Source of the DNA: Senegalia massiliensis | GTDB lineage: Bacteria > Bacillota > Clostridia > Tissierellales > SIT17 | Assembly (NCBI RefSeq): GCF_900626135.1 | Contig: NZ_LR130785.1 | Location: forward strand, 629,241 to 653,240 | DNA length: 24,000 nucleotides | Direction of reading: 5' to 3' | Shown: one piece after another, positions 1 through 7,538 of the stretch | How positions within the stretch are numbered: position 1 is the first letter of the stretch | Layout: every line of letters starts with the position of its first letter | The notes under the pieces: generated by a model | Databases searched by the model: none | Seen by the model: only the letters and a program-made list of their open reading frames with translations | What the model was told of the DNA's origin: nothing | Program-made: the position numbers and the translations under genes

Positions 1-150
1 GATTCAGTAGGATCTAGACTACAAGCATATGGACTACCATCTCAATTTATACTGATGATACCATATGTTGCAACAATAGCAATATTAGCTATATCAATGG
101 CAAGTAAAATTAAGAGAGACAAAAAGATGAAAAGTACTATTAAAAGTTAA
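1..150 (+). CDS. 3' end of an ABC-transporter permease gene (partial; BMP/nucleoside-type, YufQ/NupQ-like)
   Basis: Frame 1 is open from the window edge to TAA at 148-150. The translation ...AYGLPSQFILMIPYVATIAILAISMASKIKRDKKMKSTIKS is a terminal hydrophobic helix plus a basic tail, as at permease C-termini. It lies directly upstream of a nucleoside hydrolase gene. Confidence 0.4.
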   Translation, partial: DSVGSRLQAYGLPSQFILMIPYVATIAILAISMASKIKRDKKMKSTIKS

Positions 151-162
151 GGAGTGTTTGTA

Positions 163-1095
163 ATGGAAAAAGAGAAGATAATATTAGATGTAGATCCAGG
201 TCATGATGACGCTATAGCTATAATGTTAGCAGCTAATAATCCAAAAATTGAATTACTTGGCATAACAGTAGTTGCAGGAAATCAAGTATTAGAAAAAACA
301 GTAAAAAACACTCTAAATGTGTGTTCTCACTTAGATATAAGAGTTCCTATAGCAGCAGGAATGTCAAAACCAATGGTTAGAGAACAAATAATTGCAGATG
401 ACATACATGGTGAAACTGGATTAGATGGTCCAGAATTTGGTGAAATTACAGTTGAATTAGATAAAAGACATGCAGTAGATTTTATTATTGATACACTTTT
501 GGAGTCTGATGGGGATATAACATTAGTACCTACAGGACCTTTATCAAATATAGCTATGGCAATGAGAAAAGAACCTAAAATTGTAGATAAAATCAAAAAA
601 ATTGTATTAATGGGAGGTGCTTATACATTAGGTAATGTAACACCTTCAGCAGAATTTAATATTTTAGTAGATCCAGAAGCAGCACATATAGTATTTACAT
701 CAGGAAGACCAATAGTAATGATGGGATTAGATTTAACTAGACAAGCATTAGCAAAACAAGAAGTTGTAGATAAAATAAATACAATAGGAAATAAAGCTTC
801 AGATTTATTTGTAGATATTATAGAGTTCTTTACAAAAACACAAAAAGAAGTTTTTGGATGGGAAGCACCACCAACACATGATCCTACAACTGTAGCATAT
901 TTAATTGACCCTTCAATAGTAGAAACTAAATCAATGTATACAGAAATAGAAATTTGGAGTCAATTATCATATGGTAGAACAATATGTGACTTCTTTAATA
1001 TAACAGGTAAAGAACCAAATGCAGAAATAGCTATAAATTTAGATTTTGATAAGTATTGGAATTTAATATATGACACATTAAAAATGTATAGTTAG
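163..1095 (+). CDS. Inosine-uridine-preferring nucleoside hydrolase family protein (RihA/B/C-like)
   Basis: The N-terminal motif ILDVDPGHDDAIAI matches the IUNH aspartate cluster DxDxxxDD. Length is about 310 aa. The track ORF starts at GTG 154, but AAGGAG at 149-154 sits 8 nt before ATG 163, so 163 is preferred. Confidence 0.88.
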   Translation: MEKEKIILDVDPGHDDAIAIMLAANNPKIELLGITVVAGNQVLEKTVKNTLNVCSHLDIRVPIAAGMSKPMVREQIIADDIHGETGLDGPEFGEITVELDKRHAVDFIIDTLLESDGDITLVPTGPLSNIAMAMRKEPKIVDKIKKIVLMGGAYTLGNVTPSAEFNILVDPEAAHIVFTSGRPIVMMGLDLTRQALAKQEVVDKINTIGNKASDLFVDIIEFFTKTQKEVFGWEAPPTHDPTTVAYLIDPSIVETKSMYTEIEIWSQLSYGRTICDFFNITGKEPNAEIAINLDFDKYWNLIYDTLKMYS

Positions 1096-1105
1096 GGTGA
1101 AAAAT

Positions 1106-2377
1106 ATGGATGAAAAATTATTAGAAACCTTTGAAAAAAATAAAAGAGAATACTTACACAGCTTAAAGAAATTAGTATCTATAGATACTCAACTATTAGG
1201 TCACGGAATATTAGGAGGAAAGGAAAAAGAAGGACAAGAATATATAGAAGAAATATTTAAGAGTTTAAATGCAGATGAAATATTCAAAGAACCTATGAAG
1301 GAAGAAACTATAGAACAAGCGTATAGAGAACATAATGAAGGTAATCTAGGTCATAACTATGAGGATAGATACAATGTAGTTGCAAAATTTAATGGAAAAT
1401 CTAAAGGAAAATCCATATTATTTAATGGACATATAGATACTATGCCTCCAGGAGAACTTTCAAAATGGAAAGAAAATCCACATAGTCCATATGAAAAAGA
1501 AGGAAAATTATATGGATTAGGAACTGCAGATATGAAGTCAGGTCTGATGGCATCTATAATGGCAGTTAAACTTATAAAAGATGCTGGATATGAAATACCT
1601 GTGGATATAACTATAACCTCTGTTGTAGATGAAGAAGGTGGAGGAAATGGATCTATAGCAGCTATAATGAATGGTCATAAAGCAGATACTGCTATTGTAT
1701 GTGAACCTTCTGAAAATAATATAATAGCAGCACATATGGGATTTGTATTCTTTGAAGTAAAAGTAAAAGGAGTAGCACTACATTCAGGATATAAATGGAA
1801 TGGAGTAAATGCAATAGAAAAAGCTATAAAATTGATACGAGCTTTAAACGACATGGAACATAAATGGCTTATGAAATATAAGCATCCTCTATTACCTCCA
1901 CCAACATTAAATATAGGAGTAATAGAAGGAGGTACTGCAGGATCTACAGTACCTGATGAATGTACATTTAAGCTATGTTTGCATTATTTACCAAAAGTTA
2001 TGAATTATGATCAAGTAGTAAAGGAAGTAACAGAAACTATAAACTTACGTGCTAAAGGGGACGACTGGTTACAAGATAATATGCCTGAAATATCCATATA
2101 TCAAGCAGGTGGAGCATTTGAAGTTGATTTAGAAGATGAATTTGTAAAATTAGCTAAAAGGTCTATGGAACAAGTAGTAGGGGACATACAATTACTTGGA
2201 GGAGCTGCTGGAAATGATGCTAGATTATTTTCAAATATATTAGAAGTTCCAACAATAATAATGGGACCTGGATATGCTAAACAATGTCATAGTCCTAATG
2301 AATATGTAAATATAGAAGACTATTTTAATTTTATAAAGATATATGCTAATTTGATATTAAATATGAATAAAGAATAA
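1106..2377 (+). CDS. M20 family metallohydrolase (ArgE/DapE/acetylornithine deacetylase-like)
   Basis: Typical M20 motifs are present: FNGHIDTMPPG, GLGTADMKSGL and a VDEEGGGNG metal-binding block. A dimerisation-domain-sized insert follows. The track start is GTG 1097; ATG 1106 is 6 nt after AGGGTG. Confidence 0.82.
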   Translation: MDEKLLETFEKNKREYLHSLKKLVSIDTQLLGHGILGGKEKEGQEYIEEIFKSLNADEIFKEPMKEETIEQAYREHNEGNLGHNYEDRYNVVAKFNGKSKGKSILFNGHIDTMPPGELSKWKENPHSPYEKEGKLYGLGTADMKSGLMASIMAVKLIKDAGYEIPVDITITSVVDEEGGGNGSIAAIMNGHKADTAIVCEPSENNIIAAHMGFVFFEVKVKGVALHSGYKWNGVNAIEKAIKLIRALNDMEHKWLMKYKHPLLPPPTLNIGVIEGGTAGSTVPDECTFKLCLHYLPKVMNYDQVVKEVTETINLRAKGDDWLQDNMPEISIYQAGGAFEVDLEDEFVKLAKRSMEQVVGDIQLLGGAAGNDARLFSNILEVPTIIMGPGYAKQCHSPNEYVNIEDYFNFIKIYANLILNMNKE

Positions 2378-2399
2378 AATATATTAGGAGGAATTTATT

Positions 2400-3140
2400 A
2401 TGAGTAGAATTTTATTTGCAGGAGAAACTTGGTTTACACATACTTTACATGTGAAAGGATTTGATTCTTTTACAACTAGTTCTTATGGTGAAGGTATAAA
2501 ATGGATAAAGGAAGCTTTAGAAGAAGGTGGAAATGAAGTAGTACATGTGCCTAATCATAAAGTACAAGAAGATTTTCCATATACATTAGAAGAATTAAAA
2601 GAATATGATTTAGTTATTCTTTCTGATATAGGATCAAACACATTATTATTACCTGATTCAACATTTGTAAAAAGTGAAAAAAATCCAGATAGATGTGAAT
2701 TAATAAAAGAATATGTAATGGATGGTGGAGCATTTATTATGATTGGTGGATATATGGCATTCACAGGAATAGATGCAAAGTCTAGATATGGAGAAACTGC
2801 TATAAAAGATGTATTACCAGTTAAATGCTTAGAAAAAGACGATAGAGTAGAATTACCACAAGGAATTACACCAGTAATAGAAAAAGAACATGAAATATTA
2901 AATGGTGTAGATAATAATTGGCCACATTTCTTAGGTTATAATAAAACTATTGCAAAAGAAGATGCAACAGTATTAGCAACCATAGGAAATGATCCATTTA
3001 TAGCTGTAGCAGAATATGGAAAAGGAAAATCAGCAGTATTTACTTCAGATTGTGCACCGCATTGGGGTCCAACTGAATTTGTAGAGTGGAAATATTATAA
3101 TAAGTTTTGGAATAATCTAATTGATTGGGTAACGAAATAA
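2400..3140 (+). CDS. Class-I glutamine-amidotransferase-like fold protein of unknown function (putative GATase1-like/DUF1355-type)
   Basis: 246 aa with RBS AGGAGG before ATG 2400. The blocks DLVILSDIGSNTLLL and GGAFIMIGGYMAFTG resemble the GATase1-like cytoplasmic protein family. This assignment is from memory and has not been searched. Confidence 0.45.
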   Translation: MSRILFAGETWFTHTLHVKGFDSFTTSSYGEGIKWIKEALEEGGNEVVHVPNHKVQEDFPYTLEELKEYDLVILSDIGSNTLLLPDSTFVKSEKNPDRCELIKEYVMDGGAFIMIGGYMAFTGIDAKSRYGETAIKDVLPVKCLEKDDRVELPQGITPVIEKEHEILNGVDNNWPHFLGYNKTIAKEDATVLATIGNDPFIAVAEYGKGKSAVFTSDCAPHWGPTEFVEWKYYNKFWNNLIDWVTK

Positions 3141-3151
3141 GGTAACATAAC

Positions 3152-3191
3152 AAATAAATGACTTCTATAATTATAGAAGTCATTTATTTTT
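3152..3191 (+). terminator. Rho-independent terminator (19-bp perfect stem)
   Basis: aaataaatgacttctataa/ttatagaagtcatttattt is perfectly self-complementary around 3170/3171. The 3' arm runs into a T tract. Confidence 0.8.
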
Positions 3192-3246
3192 AATTCAAGT
3201 TAATTAGACCTTATGAGTAATTAAGTATGATAATTTTAAAATAATA

Positions 3247-3274
3247 TTGCATTATATAAAATATATGGTATAAT
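3247..3274 (+). promoter_or_regulatory. Sigma-A type promoter of the yhf-like operon (TTGCAT-16 nt-TGgTATAAT)
   Basis: -35 TTGCAT at 3247-3252. Extended -10 TGgTATAAT with TATAAT at 3269-3274. The predicted transcription start is about 3281, right at the 26-nt repeat. Confidence 0.6.
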
Positions 3275-3281
3275 GAAATTA

Positions 3282-3307
3282 CAATATACAAAAAAATGTA
3301 CATTGAA
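3282..3307 (+). promoter_or_regulatory. 26-nt repeat copy 1 (caatatacaaaaaaatgtacattgaa), candidate operator at +1 of the yhfZ promoter
   Basis: Identical 26/26 to 4266-4291. It contains the palindrome ATGTACAT and the imperfect inverted repeat ATATACA-AAAAA-TGTACAT. Confidence 0.5.
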
Positions 3308-3322
3308 GAAAGGCTAGATACG

Positions 3323-4255
3323 ATGAAGCAATATAAAGATAAATTAATGTCTAAAAATGGAAAAGTTATTATATCCCTTGCTAGAGAAATGTTAACTTAT
3401 TACTTAGATGACAGAATAAAAACAGTAAAAGAATATTCAGAGTCTTACAATACTGCTAGAGGAACTATTCAATCTGCTTTAAAATTTCTTCAAGAAATTA
3501 AAGCAGTAAAATTAGAATCTAGAGGTCATTTAGGCACATATATAGTTGATGTAGATTATGATAAGCTATGGTCTGTTTCAGATTTTAATGTAATAATGGG
3601 TGTTATGCCTTTACCTTATTCTAAAAGATATGAAGGACTAGCTACTGGTTTTTATAAGAACTTTGAAAAAAGGAATATACCTTTTAGTTTAGCTTTTATG
3701 AGAGGTTCAAGTAAAAGGATTGAAGCCTTAACTCTTGGAAGATATAATTTTGCTATTACTTCAAAGTTAGCTGCTAGGTTAGAGATGAGAAAATCTTCTA
3801 ATATTGAAATAGCATATGAATTTGGAGAAGAAAGTTACGTTGGTAGACATGTAATAGTCTTGAGAGATAAGAATAAATTTGAGATAGAAAAAAATATGAG
3901 AGTAGCAATAGATACCCAATCTATTGATCAAATTATATTAACATCTAATGAATGTAAAGATAAAGATATAGAATATATAGAAACTCCTTATAATCAGATA
4001 TTAAATAAGATGAGCAATAATGAAATTGATGCAGCTATTTGGAATGTTGATGAAATAAAAGAAAAAAATTTAGAGTATAATATAGTACCTATGTCTAATA
4101 AAGAGAGTTCAGCTAAAGATGATACTATTGCAGTAGTAGTAATAAGAAAAGACGATAAAGATTTTAGTAATATTTTAAATAGATTTATAGACCTTTATAA
4201 AGTAGAACAGATACAACAAAAGGTAATGAAAGATGAATTGATACCAATTTATTAA
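3323..4255 (+). CDS. yhfZ: YhfZ-like transcriptional regulator (N-terminal wHTH plus C-terminal binding-protein-like domain)
   Basis: About 310 aa, against about 301 aa remembered for E. coli YhfZ. It is the first gene of a cluster holding all other yhf homologs. The track start ATG 3296 lies inside the repeat and has no SD. ATG 3323 is 9 nt after AAGG. Confidence 0.65.
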   Translation: MKQYKDKLMSKNGKVIISLAREMLTYYLDDRIKTVKEYSESYNTARGTIQSALKFLQEIKAVKLESRGHLGTYIVDVDYDKLWSVSDFNVIMGVMPLPYSKRYEGLATGFYKNFEKRNIPFSLAFMRGSSKRIEALTLGRYNFAITSKLAARLEMRKSSNIEIAYEFGEESYVGRHVIVLRDKNKFEIEKNMRVAIDTQSIDQIILTSNECKDKDIEYIETPYNQILNKMSNNEIDAAIWNVDEIKEKNLEYNIVPMSNKESSAKDDTIAVVVIRKDDKDFSNILNRFIDLYKVEQIQQKVMKDELIPIY

Positions 4256-4266
4256 AAATTTATATC
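4238..4266 (+). promoter_or_regulatory. Possible internal promoter (TTGATA-17 nt-TATATC) inside the yhfZ 3' end
   Basis: The spacing is good but the -10 is weak. It abuts repeat copy 2, with different geometry from copy 1. Confidence 0.3.
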
Positions 4267-4291
4267 AATATACAAAAAAATGTACATTGAA
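4266..4291 (+). promoter_or_regulatory. 26-nt repeat copy 2, candidate operator in the yhfZ-yhfY intergenic region
   Basis: Perfect copy of 3282-3307. It ends 13 nt before the yhfY ATG, just 5' of the SD GGAGGTG. Confidence 0.5.
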
Positions 4292-4304
4292 TGGAGGTGT
4301 AATT

Positions 4305-4664
4305 ATGGACGATTTATTAAAACAAAGACTTGAACTTTTAGAACAGGCTAGTGAAATAGATAGTGATATAAAAAATACTGTTATAGAGTTTGCTGACAAA
4401 TTTGAAAAGAAATATTCTTTAGAAATGACTGAAGATAATTCTTCAATGTTAATAACTCACTTAGCTATGGCGTTATCTAGAATTAAAAAAGGTGAAATAG
4501 TAGAAGCTATGGATAGCTTAGCTTTAGATGAGATTAAACAATGCAAAATTTATAATGATTTACCTGAGTTTTATAATGATATTGAGGAAAGGTTAAATAT
4601 AATTTTACCTCAATCAGAAAAGGATTTTATAGCACTTCATGCATGTACTTTAGTACTAAAATAA
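4305..4664 (+). CDS. yhfY: Stand-alone PRD-domain protein (YhfY-like)
   Basis: About 119 aa, against about 120 aa for E. coli YhfY. It is helical, and the segment MLITHLAMALSRIKKGE resembles a PRD phosphorylatable-His helix. The track start TTG 4287 overlaps the repeat. ATG 4305 follows GGAGGTG. Confidence 0.6.
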   Translation: MDDLLKQRLELLEQASEIDSDIKNTVIEFADKFEKKYSLEMTEDNSSMLITHLAMALSRIKKGEIVEAMDSLALDEIKQCKIYNDLPEFYNDIEERLNIILPQSEKDFIALHACTLVLK

Positions 4665-4678
4665 AAGGAGGTAGTATA

Positions 4679-5041
4679 ATGGTTAAATTTGTAGTTGGAG
4701 GACAAGTAGAAAAGCAAAATATCGCTGATCTAATAAAAGAAGTTGGAGGTGAAGATGTAGAAGTAACTGTAAAATCAGATTTACAAGCAGCTAATGATGT
4801 TAAGTCTGGTAAAGCTGATTATTATTTAGGCGCATGTCATACTGGCGGCGGTGGAGCACTTAGCATGGCTATAGCTTTACTTACTAGAGCTAAAACTTCA
4901 ACAATATCTATGCCTGGTAAACCACCTAAAGAAGAAGATATTATAAAAGCTGTAAATGAAGGAAAATTAGCATTTGGTTTTACAGGTGATCATTACGAAA
5001 AAGCAGTTCCTATAATTGTAAGAGAAATTTTAAAAAAATAA
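4679..5041 (+). CDS. yhfU: DUF2620 family protein (YhfU-like)
   Basis: 120 aa, against about 117 aa for E. coli YhfU. It has a beta-alpha N-terminus (KFVVGG) and a Cys-His-Gly-rich loop (YLGACHTGGGGALSMA). AAGGAGG at 4665-4671 precedes ATG 4679; the track start 4643 overlaps yhfY. Confidence 0.6.
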   Translation: MVKFVVGGQVEKQNIADLIKEVGGEDVEVTVKSDLQAANDVKSGKADYYLGACHTGGGGALSMAIALLTRAKTSTISMPGKPPKEEDIIKAVNEGKLAFGFTGDHYEKAVPIIVREILKK

Positions 5042-5057
5042 ATAGAGGAGTGAAAAA

Positions 5058-6338
5058 ATGAAAATAGTAATAATATCATTAATCGGTGCTTTAGCTTCTA
5101 TAATGGCTAACAAAGGTATAGCAGTATTTAATGATGGATTAAGACCTATAGTTCCAGAACATATTGAAGGAAGAATGAGTAGAAAAGAACTTGCAGCTAC
5201 TTCATTTGCTATGAGTTTTGGATTAGTTATAGGATTTGGAATTCCATTCTCATTAACAGCAAGCATTCTTTTAATACATTCAATATTATTAGGTACAGAT
5301 ATAATTGGTACTTTTTCACCAGATGGAAAAAAAGGTTTAGCAATATCAGGAATAGTTGGGGCTCTTTATGGAGCAGGAATATTACTAGGACTCGAAAGTG
5401 TAGTTAAAGCGTTTGAAATGTTACCAGTGAATTTCATGGGAAGTTTAGGTGAAGTTGGAGCTCCAATAGTAATAGCATTTGCAGCATTCCCAGCTCTTGC
5501 TACTGGATATCAATATGGAGCTAAAAAAGGTTTAATAAACTTAGGTTTTTCTATGTTAGCAAGACAAATTGCTATAGTTGTAAGTCCACTTGCAATAGGA
5601 GCAGTTTCAATAAATGTTAACCCTGAAGGTTCAGCACTAATTGTAGGTATGATTATATTAATTATTTATGCAGTAAGGGAAAAATCAGATGAAGAAGCTG
5701 TAGATTTAGTATCAGTATTTGCAGAAAGAGTAAAAAGAATAAAGAAAAATGTACCATATTTAATAGTTATGGGTGCACTTGTAGCAGCTGCTACTTCTTT
5801 AAACTTAATGGCAGGAGATCCTATCTCTCTTAATTTATTAGCAGAAGGTAAGAACATAGATGCAGGCTTTGCAGCTTTAGCTAGAGGTATTGGTTTTATA
5901 CCATTAATAGCATCTACTGCAATAGCAACAGGTGTATATGGTCCTATAGGAATGACTTTTGTATTTGTTGTAGGATTATTTATAGCAAATCCATTTGTAT
6001 CAGCAATTCTTGGTGGACTTGTTATTGGAATAGAAGTATTATTCTTAGATAAAATTTCTAAGTTGTTAGATAAATTCCCAGGCGTTAGAAAGTCTGGAGA
6101 CAATATACGTACTGCAATGTCAAAATTACTTGAAATTGCACTATTAGTTGGAGGTATGAATGCAGCTAATGCAATAGCTCCTGGTATTGGTTTCTTTGTA
6201 GTTATAGGTCTTTATATATTAAATGAAATAGCAGGTAAACCAGTAGTTAAAATGGCTGTAGGTCCTATATCAGCAATATTAGTTGGAGTACTTGCAAATA
6301 TCCTTTCAATTCTAGGGTTATTTACTCCACCAGCATAA
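5058..6338 (+). CDS. yhfT: Polytopic inner-membrane protein (YhfT-like putative transporter)
   Basis: 426 aa, against about 434 aa for E. coli YhfT. It is very hydrophobic and Gly/Ala/Ile-rich, with roughly 10-12 predicted TM segments. RBS GAGGAG. Confidence 0.65.
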   Translation: MKIVIISLIGALASIMANKGIAVFNDGLRPIVPEHIEGRMSRKELAATSFAMSFGLVIGFGIPFSLTASILLIHSILLGTDIIGTFSPDGKKGLAISGIVGALYGAGILLGLESVVKAFEMLPVNFMGSLGEVGAPIVIAFAAFPALATGYQYGAKKGLINLGFSMLARQIAIVVSPLAIGAVSINVNPEGSALIVGMIILIIYAVREKSDEEAVDLVSVFAERVKRIKKNVPYLIVMGALVAAATSLNLMAGDPISLNLLAEGKNIDAGFAALARGIGFIPLIASTAIATGVYGPIGMTFVFVVGLFIANPFVSAILGGLVIGIEVLFLDKISKLLDKFPGVRKSGDNIRTAMSKLLEIALLVGGMNAANAIAPGIGFFVVIGLYILNEIAGKPVVKMAVGPISAILVGVLANILSILGLFTPPA

Positions 6339-6346
6339 AATTATAT

Positions 6347-6384
6347 TTCTAACAAAGTCAAGGATATCCTTGACTTTGTTAGAA
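6347..6384. other. 38-nt perfect palindrome / intercistronic stem-loop (18-bp arms)
   Basis: ttctaacaaagtcaagga-ta-tccttgactttgttagaa. It is not followed by a T tract on the + strand (gataaaaaagg), so it is not a canonical terminator. Confidence 0.7.
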
Positions 6385-6404
6385 GATAAAAAAGGGGAAT
6401 TAGT

Positions 6405-7520
6405 ATGGATGAAACACAAAAAAATATATTATCACAAATGAATAAAGTTAGTAAGGCTATGTTAAAAGCAAAAGAAGAACTAAACAAAAGTGTAGTGTAT
6501 CAAAGAAAAGGTGTTCTAGATCAAGCTGTAATTACTCTTGAAAAAAATCCTAATAGCAATTTAACATTATTTGGCATCAAAAATACAGGTGAAATTGGAA
6601 TTGAGATGGCAATGAAATTAGAAAATGAAGCTGGATATTTTTTTCATACTATAGATAAAATGTCTGAAAGAGGAAGGGCTATAGATATAGACTTAATTAA
6701 TCCATTGACGGGAAGAGTAATGACAGGTTCATCTAGTGGTGGCTGTGTCAATATATTAAAGGGAATAAATGATTTAGCCATAGGTACTGATGGAGGTGGT
6801 TCTGTTTTAGCTCCTGCTATAAGTACTGGTCTTTTTTCAATTATGGCAAAAGGAATGGGGTTAAAAGGAAATAGCATCAAATCTTCAACTGATAATATAA
6901 AATTTACCCCTGGTATAGGAGTAATATCTCATAATTATAATATGTGTAAAATAGCTTTAAATGCACTTGTAGATAAAAATCATAATACAAATAGTAACAA
7001 AAAAATTAGAGTTCTTGTTCCAAAGAAAAATTCCATTACTCTTCCTAATGGTAATGATATGAGAGATGATTTAGAAAGAGTAATAAATCTAATAAAAGAG
7101 TATGTAGAAATTGTGGAAAAAGATTTTACTAGTTTAGAAGATAGACATTCTTCAATTTCTTTCTGTAATAAAATGTTTGATGAAGAGGATATAGATATTA
7201 TTTTATCTGTAGAAGGGCCAATAGATTTATATGGACTAGGTGATTCAGTATTAGGTACATGGGGAGAAGTTGGATCTGAAATACAAAATGACTCTGGTAA
7301 ATATTTATTGAAAATAGCTAATATGATTAATGCTACAGCTGTAAGTATACCTACTTCTGAGCTAGGTATGGGAGTTCTTATTATGGCTAAGGAAGGTTTA
7401 GAAAATGGTGAAATTGCTATAGAGTTAGGAGATAAAATAAGAGAATTATATGATAGACCAGAATTATATAATAGATATTTTATTGAAGAACACAAAAGCA
7501 AAAGTCTAGATTTTATATAA
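6405..7520 (+). CDS. Divergent, short amidase-signature (AS) family protein
   Basis: The AS core is TGSSSGGCVNILKGINDLAIGTDGGGSVLAPA (about nt 6726-6818), matching GGSSGG...G[ST]DxGGSxRxPA. Candidate triad: K59 (FGIKN), S109/S110 and S133. At 371 aa it is shorter than typical amidases of about 450-500 aa. Confidence 0.6.
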   Translation: MDETQKNILSQMNKVSKAMLKAKEELNKSVVYQRKGVLDQAVITLEKNPNSNLTLFGIKNTGEIGIEMAMKLENEAGYFFHTIDKMSERGRAIDIDLINPLTGRVMTGSSSGGCVNILKGINDLAIGTDGGGSVLAPAISTGLFSIMAKGMGLKGNSIKSSTDNIKFTPGIGVISHNYNMCKIALNALVDKNHNTNSNKKIRVLVPKKNSITLPNGNDMRDDLERVINLIKEYVEIVEKDFTSLEDRHSSISFCNKMFDEEDIDIILSVEGPIDLYGLGDSVLGTWGEVGSEIQNDSGKYLLKIANMINATAVSIPTSELGMGVLIMAKEGLENGEIAIELGDKIRELYDRPELYNRYFIEEHKSKSLDFI

Positions 7521-7538
7521 ATAAACAGGAGGTATAAA

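Noticed and set aside
3296-4304. ORF-track N-terminal extensions: yhfZ from ATG 3296 and yhfY from TTG 4287. Also 154, 1097, 4643, 10747, 14428 and 20614 for other genes.
   Set aside because: These upstream starts lack SD sequences, or overlap the 26-nt repeat or the preceding gene. In each case a downstream in-frame ATG or TTG sits 5-10 nt after a GGAGG-like SD. I kept the RBS-supported starts and noted the alternatives.
6980-7501. 173-aa ORF on the minus strand, the longest antisense ORF in the track
   Set aside because: It lies entirely antisense to the amidase-like gene and has no SD or promoter. Its product is Ser/Ile/Leu-rich and low in complexity, as expected when the complement of AT-rich codons is read. 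I treat it as a shadow ORF.
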